From: Gemmatimonadales bacterium
GTDB taxonomy: Bacteria > Gemmatimonadota > Gemmatimonadetes > Gemmatimonadales > GWC2-71-9
DNA length: 64,000 bases
Direction of reading: 5' to 3'
Assembly (NCBI GenBank): GCA_025934955.1
Contig: JAICWE010000008.1
Coordinates: 6,947-70,946, forward strand
Part shown: positions 19,585 through 27,828 of the stretch, piece after piece
Numbering within the stretch: the stretch's first letter is position 1
Layout of the letters: each line of letters opens with the position of its first letter
Notes under the pieces: model-generated
Database searches by the model: none
What the model was told of the DNA's origin: nothing
The model's input: the letters and a program-made list of their open reading frames with translations, nothing else
Translations under genes and position numbers: made by a program

Positions 19585-19977
19585 ATGGCCGAGGAAACCA
19601 TCCTCGTCGTGGCCGAGCGCGAGGTCTGGCGCGCGCGGTTGTGCGAGATGCTGCGGGGTCACGGCTTCGCCGCGATCCCGGTGCGCAGCGGACCGGAGGC
19701 GCACTGGTGCGCCGAGCGGCATGCCGAACGGATCGACCTGGTGCTGAGCGAGCTGATGCCGCCGGAGGCGGACGCCTTCCACGCCGGTATCGCACTCGGC
19801 GCGCTGTGGGCCGAGCGGCCGGTGGTGTTCACTGGTCCGCGCTCGCATGCGGAGACGGTACGCGACGGCGTGCTCCACCCTCGCGCGTCCTACCTGCAGC
19901 AACCCTTCCCTGCCGCCGCGCTCGCCCGCAAGGTTCGGGAGACGTTGGACCGCTGGCGCGGACCGGCGGTCAGTTAG
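19585..19977 (+). CDS. Stand-alone receiver-like (pseudo-receiver) domain protein
   Basis: ATG at 19585 with AGGAGA 5 nt upstream. The REC fold pattern is kept but key residues are changed: ILVVAERE replaces the DD pocket, DLVLSELMPPEADAF has Glu at the phospho-Asp position, VVFTG keeps the Thr, and LQQPF has Gln where the conserved Lys normally sits. Confidence 0.7.
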   Translation: MAEETILVVAEREVWRARLCEMLRGHGFAAIPVRSGPEAHWCAERHAERIDLVLSELMPPEADAFHAGIALGALWAERPVVFTGPRSHAETVRDGVLHPRASYLQQPFPAAALARKVRETLDRWRGPAVS

Positions 19978-20206
19978 CGGCCGCGTTCCGATGATCGGTG
20001 ACGCGGTCCCACGCGTCCTTCACCGCGTCCTCGATCTCTTCCCACGCCGACGGGTTCTCGCCCCGGTGCTCGTAGCGACCCCAGCCCGCCTCGAGATCGG
20101 GCTCGGCCTCCTCCCACGTGCGCCCCAGCGAGTGACTCGCCGACTCGAAGCCGGGTTTCGAAGAAGCGACACGCTTTGCGCGCGGCTCGGCGCTCGCGCT
20201 CTGCAA
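19970..20206 (-). CDS. Short paralogue or truncated copy of the C-terminal module of the 17517-17879 protein
   Basis: FESASHSLGRTWEEAEPDLEAGWGRYEHRGENPSAWEEIEDAVKDAWDRV aligns residue for residue with the 17517-17879 C-terminus. The upstream part of the 176-aa track ORF is Arg-rich and not protein-like. The only nearby in-frame start is TTG at 20206. It may be a pseudogene. Confidence 0.4.
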   Translation of the reverse strand: MQSASAEPRAKRVASSKPGFESASHSLGRTWEEAEPDLEAGWGRYEHRGENPSAWEEIEDAVKDAWDRVTDHRNAAAN

Positions 20207-20369
20207 GACGAACAGCGAATCGCTGGAGCGCGCGACGGTACGACGCGCATTTTCCCGGGAGAATCGCGTGGCCCGCCTGTTGCATTTTCCCCGCGTGCGA
20301 CGACGGACGGAATCGGCGCCGCGACCCCGGCTGCATGACTCTGCACCACCCTCGCTCGGAATCGCCCGC

Positions 20370-20525
20370 ATGTCGTTCAAGGCAATCGGTCTCGCAAAGA
20401 CCTTCGTGTCCGCCCCGCCCAATCTGGGCTGGCTCGTGGCGATCTTCGGCGGTATGGTTCTGCTCATCGCAGGCCTGGCCGCCCAGCTCGTCCAGGTCAC
20501 GCTGATCGCTTCGTCCGCTCACTAG
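20370..20525 (+). CDS. Small single-TM protein (51 aa), hypothetical
   Basis: ATG at 20370: MSFKAIGLAKTFVSAPPNLGWLVAIFGGMVLLIAGLAAQLVQVTLIASSAH. Third-codon positions are strongly G/C-biased. It ends 26 nt before the next gene. Confidence 0.4.
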   Translation: MSFKAIGLAKTFVSAPPNLGWLVAIFGGMVLLIAGLAAQLVQVTLIASSAH

Positions 20526-20551
20526 CCCGTTAGGGGGGTCACCCCCAACAC

Positions 20552-22180
20552 ATGCCCGACGCCCTGCGCCCGACGGCCGCCCGGCCGCCGAACGCTCGTG
20601 CTGCGCTCCGGCTGCTCCAGCTCGGGGTGATCCTCTCGGTACCCGCAGCCCTCCCCTTCGAGCTCTTCGACCTCGATCGCCACTCCGTTCCGAAGGAGCT
20701 GGTGCTGCACCTCACGGCCATGGGCGCGGCGCTGGTGCTGCTCCGCGGCGCGCGGCGCGTGGTGCCGTCGGTGCCCGATCTGCTGCTCGCCGGCTTCCTC
20801 GGGCTCAGCGCCGTCTCTACCCTCTTTGCGTCCAACTGGTGGCTCGGCTTCCGGGCGCTCGGACTTTCATTGTCCTGCGCGCTGGTGTTCTGGTCGGCCC
20901 GCGTCGTCGGACGCGCGGGCATGGGACGCGAGCTGGTCCAGGCGCTCGCCTTTGCCAGCGTGCTCGGCGCGGTGACCGGACTGCTCCAGGCCTACGGGCT
21001 CTGGGACGCGCTCGCGGCCCAGCTCCGCTCGCCCGGCGGGACGTTCGGCAACCGCAACTTCATGGCGCACTACGCGGCACTCGGCGCGCCGCTGCTGGTG
21101 CTCGTGGCCATCGAGGCGCGGAGCCGGTTCGGCTACCTGCTGTGTGCCTTGGGCGCCGCGCTCTCCACCGCCGCGCTCTTCCTGTCCCGCTCCCGCGCCG
21201 CGTACGTCGGTCTCGCGGCATGCGCGGCATTTCTCGTGGTCGAAGGGCTCTGGCGCAACCGGCTCGGCGCCGACCGGGTGATCCGCCGCCGGGTGACCGG
21301 ACTCGCCATCGCCGCGGTGCTTGGCGTGGCCGGCGCGCTGCTCATCCCCAATCAGCTCGACTGGCGCTCCGATTCGCCCTACCTCGACACGCTCAAGGGC
21401 GTGGCCGATTTCTCCAGCGGCAGCGGCCGCGGCCGCCTGATCCAGTTCGGCAACACCCTGCGGCTCGCCGAGCATCACCCGCTGCTCGGCGTCGGTCCGG
21501 GCAACTGGCCGGTGCGCTACCCCGAGGTCACGACGCCGGACGACCCGGCGTACGACGCGGCGTCCACCATGCCGACCAACCCGTGGCCCAGCAGCGACTG
21601 GATGGCGTACCTGTCGGAGCGCGGCATCCCGGCGTTCGTGCTGCTGGTGCTGACGCTCGCGGCGCTGCTCTTCCCAGCGTGGCGCCGGCTCCGAAGCGAC
21701 ACGCGGGTCAATGCGCTGGCCGGCCTCACGCTGGTGGCGATGCTGATGGTGACGGCGGTGGTGGGATCGTTCGACGCGGTGCTGCTGCTGCCGGCGCCTG
21801 CCCTCCTCATCTGGGCGGCAGCCGGCGCGCTGGCGCCGGCGTATCGGGGCGTGGACGCGCTCGCGATCACCCAGCCGGCGATCCGCCGCGCCCGCGGAGC
21901 AATCCTCGCGGCCGGCGTGCTGCTCTCGATCCGGTGCACGCTCCAGATCGCCGCGATGGCCGAGTCCGACATGGACGCGCGCACCGCGACGCTGGAGCGC
22001 GCGGCGCACCTCGACCCGGGGAGTTACCGTATCCGCATCACGCTCGCCACCGACTGGATAGCGCGCGGACGCTGCGACCGCGCCCGCCCCCACGCGCTCG
22101 CCGCGGCGCACCTGTTCCCCCTGACGCCGGCACCGAAGCGACTGCTGCGGCGCTGCGGGGTGAAGCTGAAGAAACGCTGA
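20552..22180 (+). CDS. O-antigen ligase (Wzy_C) family membrane protein with C-terminal TPR-like tail
   Basis: About 10 or more TM helices. A central loop (FLSRSRAAYVGL...) is typical of the O-antigen polymerase/ligase family. The soluble C-terminal segment is helical-repeat-like. Confidence 0.8.
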   Translation: MPDALRPTAARPPNARAALRLLQLGVILSVPAALPFELFDLDRHSVPKELVLHLTAMGAALVLLRGARRVVPSVPDLLLAGFLGLSAVSTLFASNWWLGFRALGLSLSCALVFWSARVVGRAGMGRELVQALAFASVLGAVTGLLQAYGLWDALAAQLRSPGGTFGNRNFMAHYAALGAPLLVLVAIEARSRFGYLLCALGAALSTAALFLSRSRAAYVGLAACAAFLVVEGLWRNRLGADRVIRRRVTGLAIAAVLGVAGALLIPNQLDWRSDSPYLDTLKGVADFSSGSGRGRLIQFGNTLRLAEHHPLLGVGPGNWPVRYPEVTTPDDPAYDAASTMPTNPWPSSDWMAYLSERGIPAFVLLVLTLAALLFPAWRRLRSDTRVNALAGLTLVAMLMVTAVVGSFDAVLLLPAPALLIWAAAGALAPAYRGVDALAITQPAIRRARGAILAAGVLLSIRCTLQIAAMAESDMDARTATLERAAHLDPGSYRIRITLATDWIARGRCDRARPHALAAAHLFPLTPAPKRLLRRCGVKLKKR

Positions 22181-22184
22181 GCCG

Positions 22185-22961
22185 CTAGTCCTGCTGCCCC
22201 AGCGCCTGGGCGGCGAAGCGGCGGACGCCGGCATCGCTGTCCTTCATCGCCGTGGTGAGCGGGCCGAGCGCGCGCGTGTCCTGCATCTGACCCAGCGCCC
22301 ACGCGGCGTTGACCCGCACGCCGGCATCGGGGTGCCGGAGCGCCTCGATGAGCGCAGGCACCTGGTCGTGCGCCGCCATCGAGCCGAGCGCCCAGGCCGC
22401 CATCCGCGCCACGTACGGATCCCCATCGCGCAGCAGCCGGCCGAGCGCGGGTGCCGACGCCGAGTCGTCCGCCTCGCCCAGCCCGAGCGCGGCCGCCTCG
22501 CGGACCCGACCGTCGCGCTCGGTCAGCGCGACGCGCAATCGCTCGGTAGCGCTCGGCATCGCCGCATCGCCAAGGATGCGCGCGGCGGCGCGCCGGACGC
22601 ACGGGTTCGCGTCGCCGAGATGCGCGGCGAGCAGCGGCAGCGCGCGGGCATCGCGAAGCGAACCGGCCAGAGCCAACCGCGGCGCATCGGCGCTCTGCTC
22701 GCGCAGCGCGCCGACGAGCGAGCGATCACGCCAGACGTTCTGCGCGCCATCGAGCGCCGCTTCGCATATCATCGGCTCGCTCCGGCTGAGGGAGCCGAGG
22801 AACGCGGCGACCTGAGCGGAGTCGGGACCGGGAAGATCGATGCGGGTCATGTCGTGCGAGAGGTGGAGACGCGGCGCGCGCATGTACGGCATGCGGGCGT
22901 GAACCGCCGGCGCCTGAGCCGCGAGCGGTACGGCGCCCGCAAGCATGGCCGCGAGCGCCAT
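22185..22961 (-). CDS. Exported HEAT-repeat protein
   Basis: I used the ATG at 22961 (MALAAMLAGAVPLAAQA signal-like), 16 nt after the BlaR1-like stop. It has repeated PxVRxxAAxALG HEAT/PBS-lyase-type units. The C-terminus GVRRFAAQALGQQD mirrors the BlaR1-like C-terminus VVRRAAADALGQRD. Confidence 0.8.
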   Translation of the reverse strand: MALAAMLAGAVPLAAQAPAVHARMPYMRAPRLHLSHDMTRIDLPGPDSAQVAAFLGSLSRSEPMICEAALDGAQNVWRDRSLVGALREQSADAPRLALAGSLRDARALPLLAAHLGDANPCVRRAAARILGDAAMPSATERLRVALTERDGRVREAAALGLGEADDSASAPALGRLLRDGDPYVARMAAWALGSMAAHDQVPALIEALRHPDAGVRVNAAWALGQMQDTRALGPLTTAMKDSDAGVRRFAAQALGQQD

Positions 22962-22977
22962 GCCGGCGGCGGCCCGC

Positions 22978-24996
22978 TCAGTCACGCTGCCCCAGGGCGT
23001 CGGCCGCGGCGCGGCGGACGACGGGGTCACTCGACTTGAGCGCGCCGATCAGCGCCTCGAGCGCCGTGCTGTCGCGGATCTCGCTGAGCGCGTTCACCGC
23101 GTTCTCCCGCACATCGGCATCCTTGTCGTTCAGCAGCTCGCGGAGCGCGGGCACCGCGCGCGGGTCCTGCAGCTCTGCCACGGCCGATGCCGCGCCGGCG
23201 CGCACCTCGCTGTCGCCGTCCTTGAGCGCCGCGGCGAGCGCCGGCGCCGCCTTCGGATCTTCCAGCTGACCCAGCGCATTCACCGCGATTCGGCGCATCT
23301 CGACGTCGCTGTCGCGGAGCGCCGCGATGTACGCGTCGGTGGAGCGCTTGTCCTCGAGTTGGCTCAACGCCTCCGCGGCCGCGCGGCGGACGTCGGGCAC
23401 CTTGTCGCTCATCGCGGCGATCAGGCCGGGCGTCGCGCGATGATCCTCGAGCTGGCCCAGCGAGCGGGCCGCGGCCTCGCGCACGTCGGCGTTCTGATCG
23501 CGCAGCGCGTCGATCAATGCATCCACGGCCGCGGCGCGGCGGGCCGAGTCCTGCGGCGTCATCGCCGCCTCGTTACCGCCGAGCGTCATCCGCATGGCGC
23601 GGAGCTGGTGAGTCGCCCGGGCCATCGCGGCGGCGATGCGGGGCCGCATCTGCATCGCGGAAGCGACCCGCACGGCGTGGCGCATCTGCGTGTTCATGCG
23701 GCCGGCATCCACCAGCACGCCATTGGTGTCCATGCCGGCCAGCGCGGCGGCCGCCTCGACCGGCTCGGCCGCCTGCGGAGTGCCCGATGCGCCGGGCGCG
23801 GCAGCCGGTGGCGACGGGGCGGCCGGCGGTGCGGCGGGCGCGGTCGCCGGCGCATGCGGCCGATGCGCGGCGCGCGCCGGCCGCTCCGGCTGCTGGGGCG
23901 GCGTCGCGCGCTGCGCGCTCGTCACACCGGGCACAACGGCCGCGGCGACCAGCAGGGCGAGCGGCAGCAGTAGAAACGGCAGCCAGCGGCGGCGGGGTTC
24001 GTCGGTCATGGGTCGGCTCTCGATGAGGCGTTGTACACGGGCGAGGAGCTGCGAGCGGCTCTCCGCCATGCCGGCGAGCGGCACGGCGGCGGGCGCCTGC
24101 AGCCACTCGGCGACTTTGACGAGACTCCTGGCGACGGCGAGCCCCGAGCCGGCGCGCCGCGCCGCCCAGTCGTCGCAGATGTACTCGGCGGCTTCCTGCA
24201 TCCGCCGGCGGGCGGTGCGGTTGAGCGGCTGAAAGAAGAAGACCCGCTCGAGCGTGCAGGCGAGCGCAAGCCAGCGAGGGTCGCGCCGGGCGAGGTGCGC
24301 CAGCTCGTGGGCCAGCACGCTCCGCTGCTGCGATGCATCGAGCTCGGTGAGTGCCGCATCCGGCAGGCAGATCTCACCGCCGCCGAGGGCGATCGGGCTG
24401 GAGAGGCCCGCGGCGCGGGTGATCCGCACCGGCCGCGGGATGGCCATCTCGGCGCGGAGCGAGTCGAGCAGCGCCAGCAGATCGGGGTCGGTCACCGCCT
24501 CGCGGCGGCCGAGTCGGCGCGCGAGTAGTAGTCGCGCAACGAGGAGCTGCGCGAGGAGCGTCGCAGCCGCCGCGCCCCAGAGCGCGAGCAGGAGCGTTGT
24601 CGCGTCGAAGAGGATCGGCGGACGCGCGGGACCGGACGCCTGTGACGGCGGAGCGGCGTACGCTGCGAGCCCGCGCGGGACCGCATCGCGTTCCGCTGCG
24701 GCGACGCGCACGCGCGACGGCAGCTCGGACGCGGTCGCGACGACGGGCACCGCCGGGGAAGCGGCCGGCGAGTCGGCGCGGCCGAGCGCGAGCTGGCCGC
24801 CCCACGGCCGCATGCCGGCCCCGAGTTGCAGCGTAGTGGTGACGATTCCGCCGACCAGCGCCGCCTTCCACACGAGATCCAGCGCCGACGGCGCCCGGAC
24901 GACGCCGTAGCGGGTGAGCAGCCATGCCGCGGCGAGGAGGACGGTACTGTGCAGCGCATAGGTGAGCAGCCAGGCGGTGAGATCAGCGGCGGTCAT
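22978..24996 (-). CDS. BlaR1/MecR1-type M56 peptidase sensor with C-terminal (predicted extracytoplasmic) HEAT-repeat domain
   Basis: N-terminal TM helices, zinc site HELAHLARRD, a fourth TM helix (WLPFLLLPLALLVAAAVV), a Pro/Ala linker, then about 6 HEAT units (DVREAAARSLGQLED, DVRRAAAEALSQLED, and others). Confidence 0.85.
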   Translation of the reverse strand: MTAADLTAWLLTYALHSTVLLAAAWLLTRYGVVRAPSALDLVWKAALVGGIVTTTLQLGAGMRPWGGQLALGRADSPAASPAVPVVATASELPSRVRVAAAERDAVPRGLAAYAAPPSQASGPARPPILFDATTLLLALWGAAAATLLAQLLVARLLLARRLGRREAVTDPDLLALLDSLRAEMAIPRPVRITRAAGLSSPIALGGGEICLPDAALTELDASQQRSVLAHELAHLARRDPRWLALACTLERVFFFQPLNRTARRRMQEAAEYICDDWAARRAGSGLAVARSLVKVAEWLQAPAAVPLAGMAESRSQLLARVQRLIESRPMTDEPRRRWLPFLLLPLALLVAAAVVPGVTSAQRATPPQQPERPARAAHRPHAPATAPAAPPAAPSPPAAAPGASGTPQAAEPVEAAAALAGMDTNGVLVDAGRMNTQMRHAVRVASAMQMRPRIAAAMARATHQLRAMRMTLGGNEAAMTPQDSARRAAAVDALIDALRDQNADVREAAARSLGQLEDHRATPGLIAAMSDKVPDVRRAAAEALSQLEDKRSTDAYIAALRDSDVEMRRIAVNALGQLEDPKAAPALAAALKDGDSEVRAGAASAVAELQDPRAVPALRELLNDKDADVRENAVNALSEIRDSTALEALIGALKSSDPVVRRAAADALGQRD

Positions 24997-25390
24997 GGCG
25001 CTTCTCCTTGCCGTCCTGTTTCGCCTCGTGCTTCGCGACCAGCGCGCGGACCCGTGCGACGTCGCCGGCGGCGATCTCGCCGCTGGTGAGCAGGTGGCTC
25101 ACCAGCTCCGTCGCGTCGCCGGCAAAGAGCCGCTCGGTCAGCTCGTTCACCATCGAGCGCCGCGCGTCGGCCTCACTCACCTCGGCGCGGTAGACGTACT
25201 GCCGAGCGCGGGTGCTGTGGCCGACGATGCCGCGCTTCTCCAGTCGGGAGAGCAGCGTCGCCACCGTGGTGGGCGCGAGGGTGCGGTCGGGGCGGAGCGC
25301 GTCGCACAGCTCGGCGACGGTCGCCGCGCCGCGGTCCCAGAGAAGACGCAGCAGCACGAGCTGGAGCTCGGTGAGTTGCGGTTCGGTCAT
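24983..25390 (-). CDS. BlaI/MecI/CopY family transcriptional repressor
   Basis: I used the ATG at 25390 (MTEPQLTELQLVLLRLLWDRGAATVAELCDAL...). It has a winged-helix Penicillinase_R pattern. Its stop overlaps the start of the M56 gene by 14 nt. Confidence 0.9.
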   Translation of the reverse strand: MTEPQLTELQLVLLRLLWDRGAATVAELCDALRPDRTLAPTTVATLLSRLEKRGIVGHSTRARQYVYRAEVSEADARRSMVNELTERLFAGDATELVSHLLTSGEIAAGDVARVRALVAKHEAKQDGKEKRHDRR

Positions 25391-25414
25391 CGGTGCTCCC
25401 TGCGATGTGACGAC

Positions 25415-25435
25415 ACATGTAATACTACATGTGTA
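25415..25435. promoter_or_regulatory. Candidate BlaI/CopY-type operator (overlapping TGTA/TACA dyads)
   Basis: ACATGTAATACTACATGTGTA. It contains a perfect 7-bp inverted repeat ACATGTA-N4-TACATGT (25415-25432) and TACA-TG-TGTA (25426-25435). It lies 25-45 bp upstream of the repressor ATG in an AT-rich patch. Confidence 0.6.
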
Positions 25436-25462
25436 GTTGCTCGTCAAGTGTCGAGCGGCGGG

Positions 25463-26911
25463 TCAGGACCCCTTGATCCCGTCGCGCATCCGCTGCGCCA
25501 GCCACTCGGCCTCGTGCCGGTCGCGGATCATGGTGCCGACCGGTGTTGTCCGTCCGGTCGCGTCCACCAGCTTGAGGTCGTAGTACGGCGTGGTGCCCGC
25601 CTGCATGCCGGTCTCCACCTTGACCTCGCGCACGTCGGCTGCGCGGATGGTGCGGGGCCGTCCGGCACCGAAGTAGCCGGAGCGCACGGTGAGCGCGCCG
25701 GGCTCGAGTGTCACATCGGTCGCGGTGAGCCACACGCTCAGGGCGATGAACACGAGGATCAGCTCGAACAGACCGAAGACGATCGGGAAGATGATCGGCG
25801 CGTGGAACGCGAGGATCAGGTACATGGCGCCGGTCCACAGGCCGAGAAATGCCGTCACGCCGAGCGCCGCGCCGATGTTGCGGGCGGCGGGGAAGTGGAT
25901 GGCGGTGGCAGCGCCGCGGGTGGTCACGAGGATTTTCGAGTGCGCCGGCTGCACCAGCGGCGGCACCGGAGGAAGGTCGGCGTCGGGCGGGAGCGGCTCG
26001 TCGCTGTCCCTGGTGTGGAAGACGGGGACCTCGAACGCGCTGTCGTAGTCCACGCCCGGCGTGTCGGCGTGGAGCTGCAGCCGCCAGAGCACACGGTTAT
26101 CGCCCGTGATCGGATCGGTCGGCGCGACGTCCGCGGGGAGACGGAAGCCGACCGGGACGGCAAGCCGATCGGCTCCCTCGCGCCGCGGTGCCACCGACTC
26201 GGCCACGTCCTGCCAGAGCACGCGCTCGCTCACGCTGCTGTTCTTCCCCGACCCGGTTCGCTCCCGGCGGATGCAGCTCAGCGTCACCCGGAAGCCGCCC
26301 GCGGGCGGCTGCATCCTGACCGCCACCGCGCCCTGGAGTGCGCGGCCGACGACGCCGGGCGACGGACGCAGCTGCAGCACCGACGTGCCGTACTTCGCGC
26401 GGCGGATCGCGGCGCGGAGCGCGGACACCAGCAGCAGCACGCCGATCGCGGGGAACAGCAGGATGACATACACGCCGGGCTGGTTTTTCGGGACACCCTT
26501 GTGAAAGGCAAGGAACGCCGATGGCCAGCTGATGAGGTTCCAGACGAATGCGCCTGCCGCCGCGACCCAGGCGCCGCTGCGCGAGCTGTCCTCGATGCGC
26601 CCCTGCTCCCAGTCGGGGCGCCAGCGCCACGGCTGATCGGGCATCGCCTGCCGGCGTCGCGCCGTCGCCTCCGCCGCGCCTTTGCCGCGCCAGGCCAGCG
26701 TGAGCAGCGTGAAGCCGACGCCGCCGAAGACGAGCGCGAAGATCGCGAGGAAGCCGGCGTTGTAGAGATCGTGCGCCAGCAGGGCGCGCACCGAGCCGAC
26801 AGCGGTGCCGACGCCCACGGCGCAGAACGGCAGCAGGAACGCCGTCGCGCAGCCGATGCCGAGGTTGAGATTGGCGGAGCCGACCGCGTAGCGCGGCACC
26901 GGCGTGGTCAT
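25463..26911 (-). CDS. Polytopic membrane protein, hypothetical (C-terminal bacterial-PH-like segment)
   Basis: I used the ATG at 26911 (MTTPVPRY), which overlaps the sseA stop (ATGA at 26908-26911). It has about 7 TM helices and two soluble beta-rich inserts. No family was recognised with confidence. Confidence 0.65.
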   Translation of the reverse strand: MTTPVPRYAVGSANLNLGIGCATAFLLPFCAVGVGTAVGSVRALLAHDLYNAGFLAIFALVFGGVGFTLLTLAWRGKGAAEATARRRQAMPDQPWRWRPDWEQGRIEDSSRSGAWVAAAGAFVWNLISWPSAFLAFHKGVPKNQPGVYVILLFPAIGVLLLVSALRAAIRRAKYGTSVLQLRPSPGVVGRALQGAVAVRMQPPAGGFRVTLSCIRRERTGSGKNSSVSERVLWQDVAESVAPRREGADRLAVPVGFRLPADVAPTDPITGDNRVLWRLQLHADTPGVDYDSAFEVPVFHTRDSDEPLPPDADLPPVPPLVQPAHSKILVTTRGAATAIHFPAARNIGAALGVTAFLGLWTGAMYLILAFHAPIIFPIVFGLFELILVFIALSVWLTATDVTLEPGALTVRSGYFGAGRPRTIRAADVREVKVETGMQAGTTPYYDLKLVDATGRTTPVGTMIRDRHEAEWLAQRMRDGIKGS

Positions 26912-27768
26912 TCGGCCGTCCCCGCGGGGCCGAGCTCGAGCGGCAGATCGCTCGCGCCCCACTCGGTCCAGGCGCCGTCGTAGAGCGCCGTATCATCGTG
27001 ACCGAGGATGCTGAGTGCGTGGAGCACGGCGCAGGCGGTGACGCCGGAGCCGCAGGTCGCGACGACGGGGCGAGTCGGGTCCACGCCCGCCTCTCTCAGG
27101 TGCCGCGCGAGCGACGCGCGGTCGAGCACGGTTCCGTCGGGCTGCACCAGTGAGGTGAACGGCACGTTCCGGCTCCCGGGTATGTGTCCGCTGCGCACGC
27201 CGGCCCGCGGCTCGGGTGCGCGGCCCTCGAAGCGCTCGGCCGCGCGCGCATCCACCACCTGCGCCACGGGCTCGAGCGCGCGCATCTGCTCCATGCTGCG
27301 CACACGGCTCTGATCGAGCCGCGCGGTGAAGCGCCGCGGCGTGACGATCGCATCGTCGGCCTCGAGCGGCCGGCCTTCCGCCTTCCACTTCATCAGTCCG
27401 CCATCGAGCAGCGTCACCGCGTCATGCCCATAGGCGCGGAACATCCACCACGCACGCGGCGCGCTCAGGTTCACGCCGGAGCCGTCGTACACCACGACGG
27501 TCGTGTCATCGCCGATGCCCAGCGCGCCGGCGATCGCGGCGAAGTGCCCATCGCTCGGCAGCATGTGGGGAAGCGCGGAGCCGGGATCGCTCGCAGCGTC
27601 GAGATCGAAGAAGGCGGCGCGCGGGATGTGCGCCGCGAGGTACTCGCCCCGCGCGTCGCGACCCTGGGCCGGCAGATACCAGGATGCGTCCAGCACGCGC
27701 ACCGCCGGATCAGTGAGGCGGGCGGCGAGCCACTCCGTGGAGGCGAGCGGCGGCGGGCTGGCGGGCAT
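26908..27768 (-). CDS. sseA: 3-mercaptopyruvate/thiosulfate sulfurtransferase (tandem rhodanese)
   Basis: Two rhodanese domains. Active-site loop CGSGVTA. N-terminal EWLAARL...VRVLDASWYLP pattern. Confidence 0.9.
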   Translation of the reverse strand: MPASPPPLASTEWLAARLTDPAVRVLDASWYLPAQGRDARGEYLAAHIPRAAFFDLDAASDPGSALPHMLPSDGHFAAIAGALGIGDDTTVVVYDGSGVNLSAPRAWWMFRAYGHDAVTLLDGGLMKWKAEGRPLEADDAIVTPRRFTARLDQSRVRSMEQMRALEPVAQVVDARAAERFEGRAPEPRAGVRSGHIPGSRNVPFTSLVQPDGTVLDRASLARHLREAGVDPTRPVVATCGSGVTACAVLHALSILGHDDTALYDGAWTEWGASDLPLELGPAGTAE

Positions 27769-27828
27769 GGTCTTCCAAAGTACTGTGCGGAACGGCCTGG
27801 AAGTAGAAGGAGACGCCGGCGGTAGCGT

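Noticed and set aside
20245-20295. Direct repeat of GCATTTTCCC (two copies ~34 nt apart) upstream of the small TM ORF.
   Set aside because: There are only two short copies with no dyad symmetry and no recognisable promoter spacing. It may be chance.
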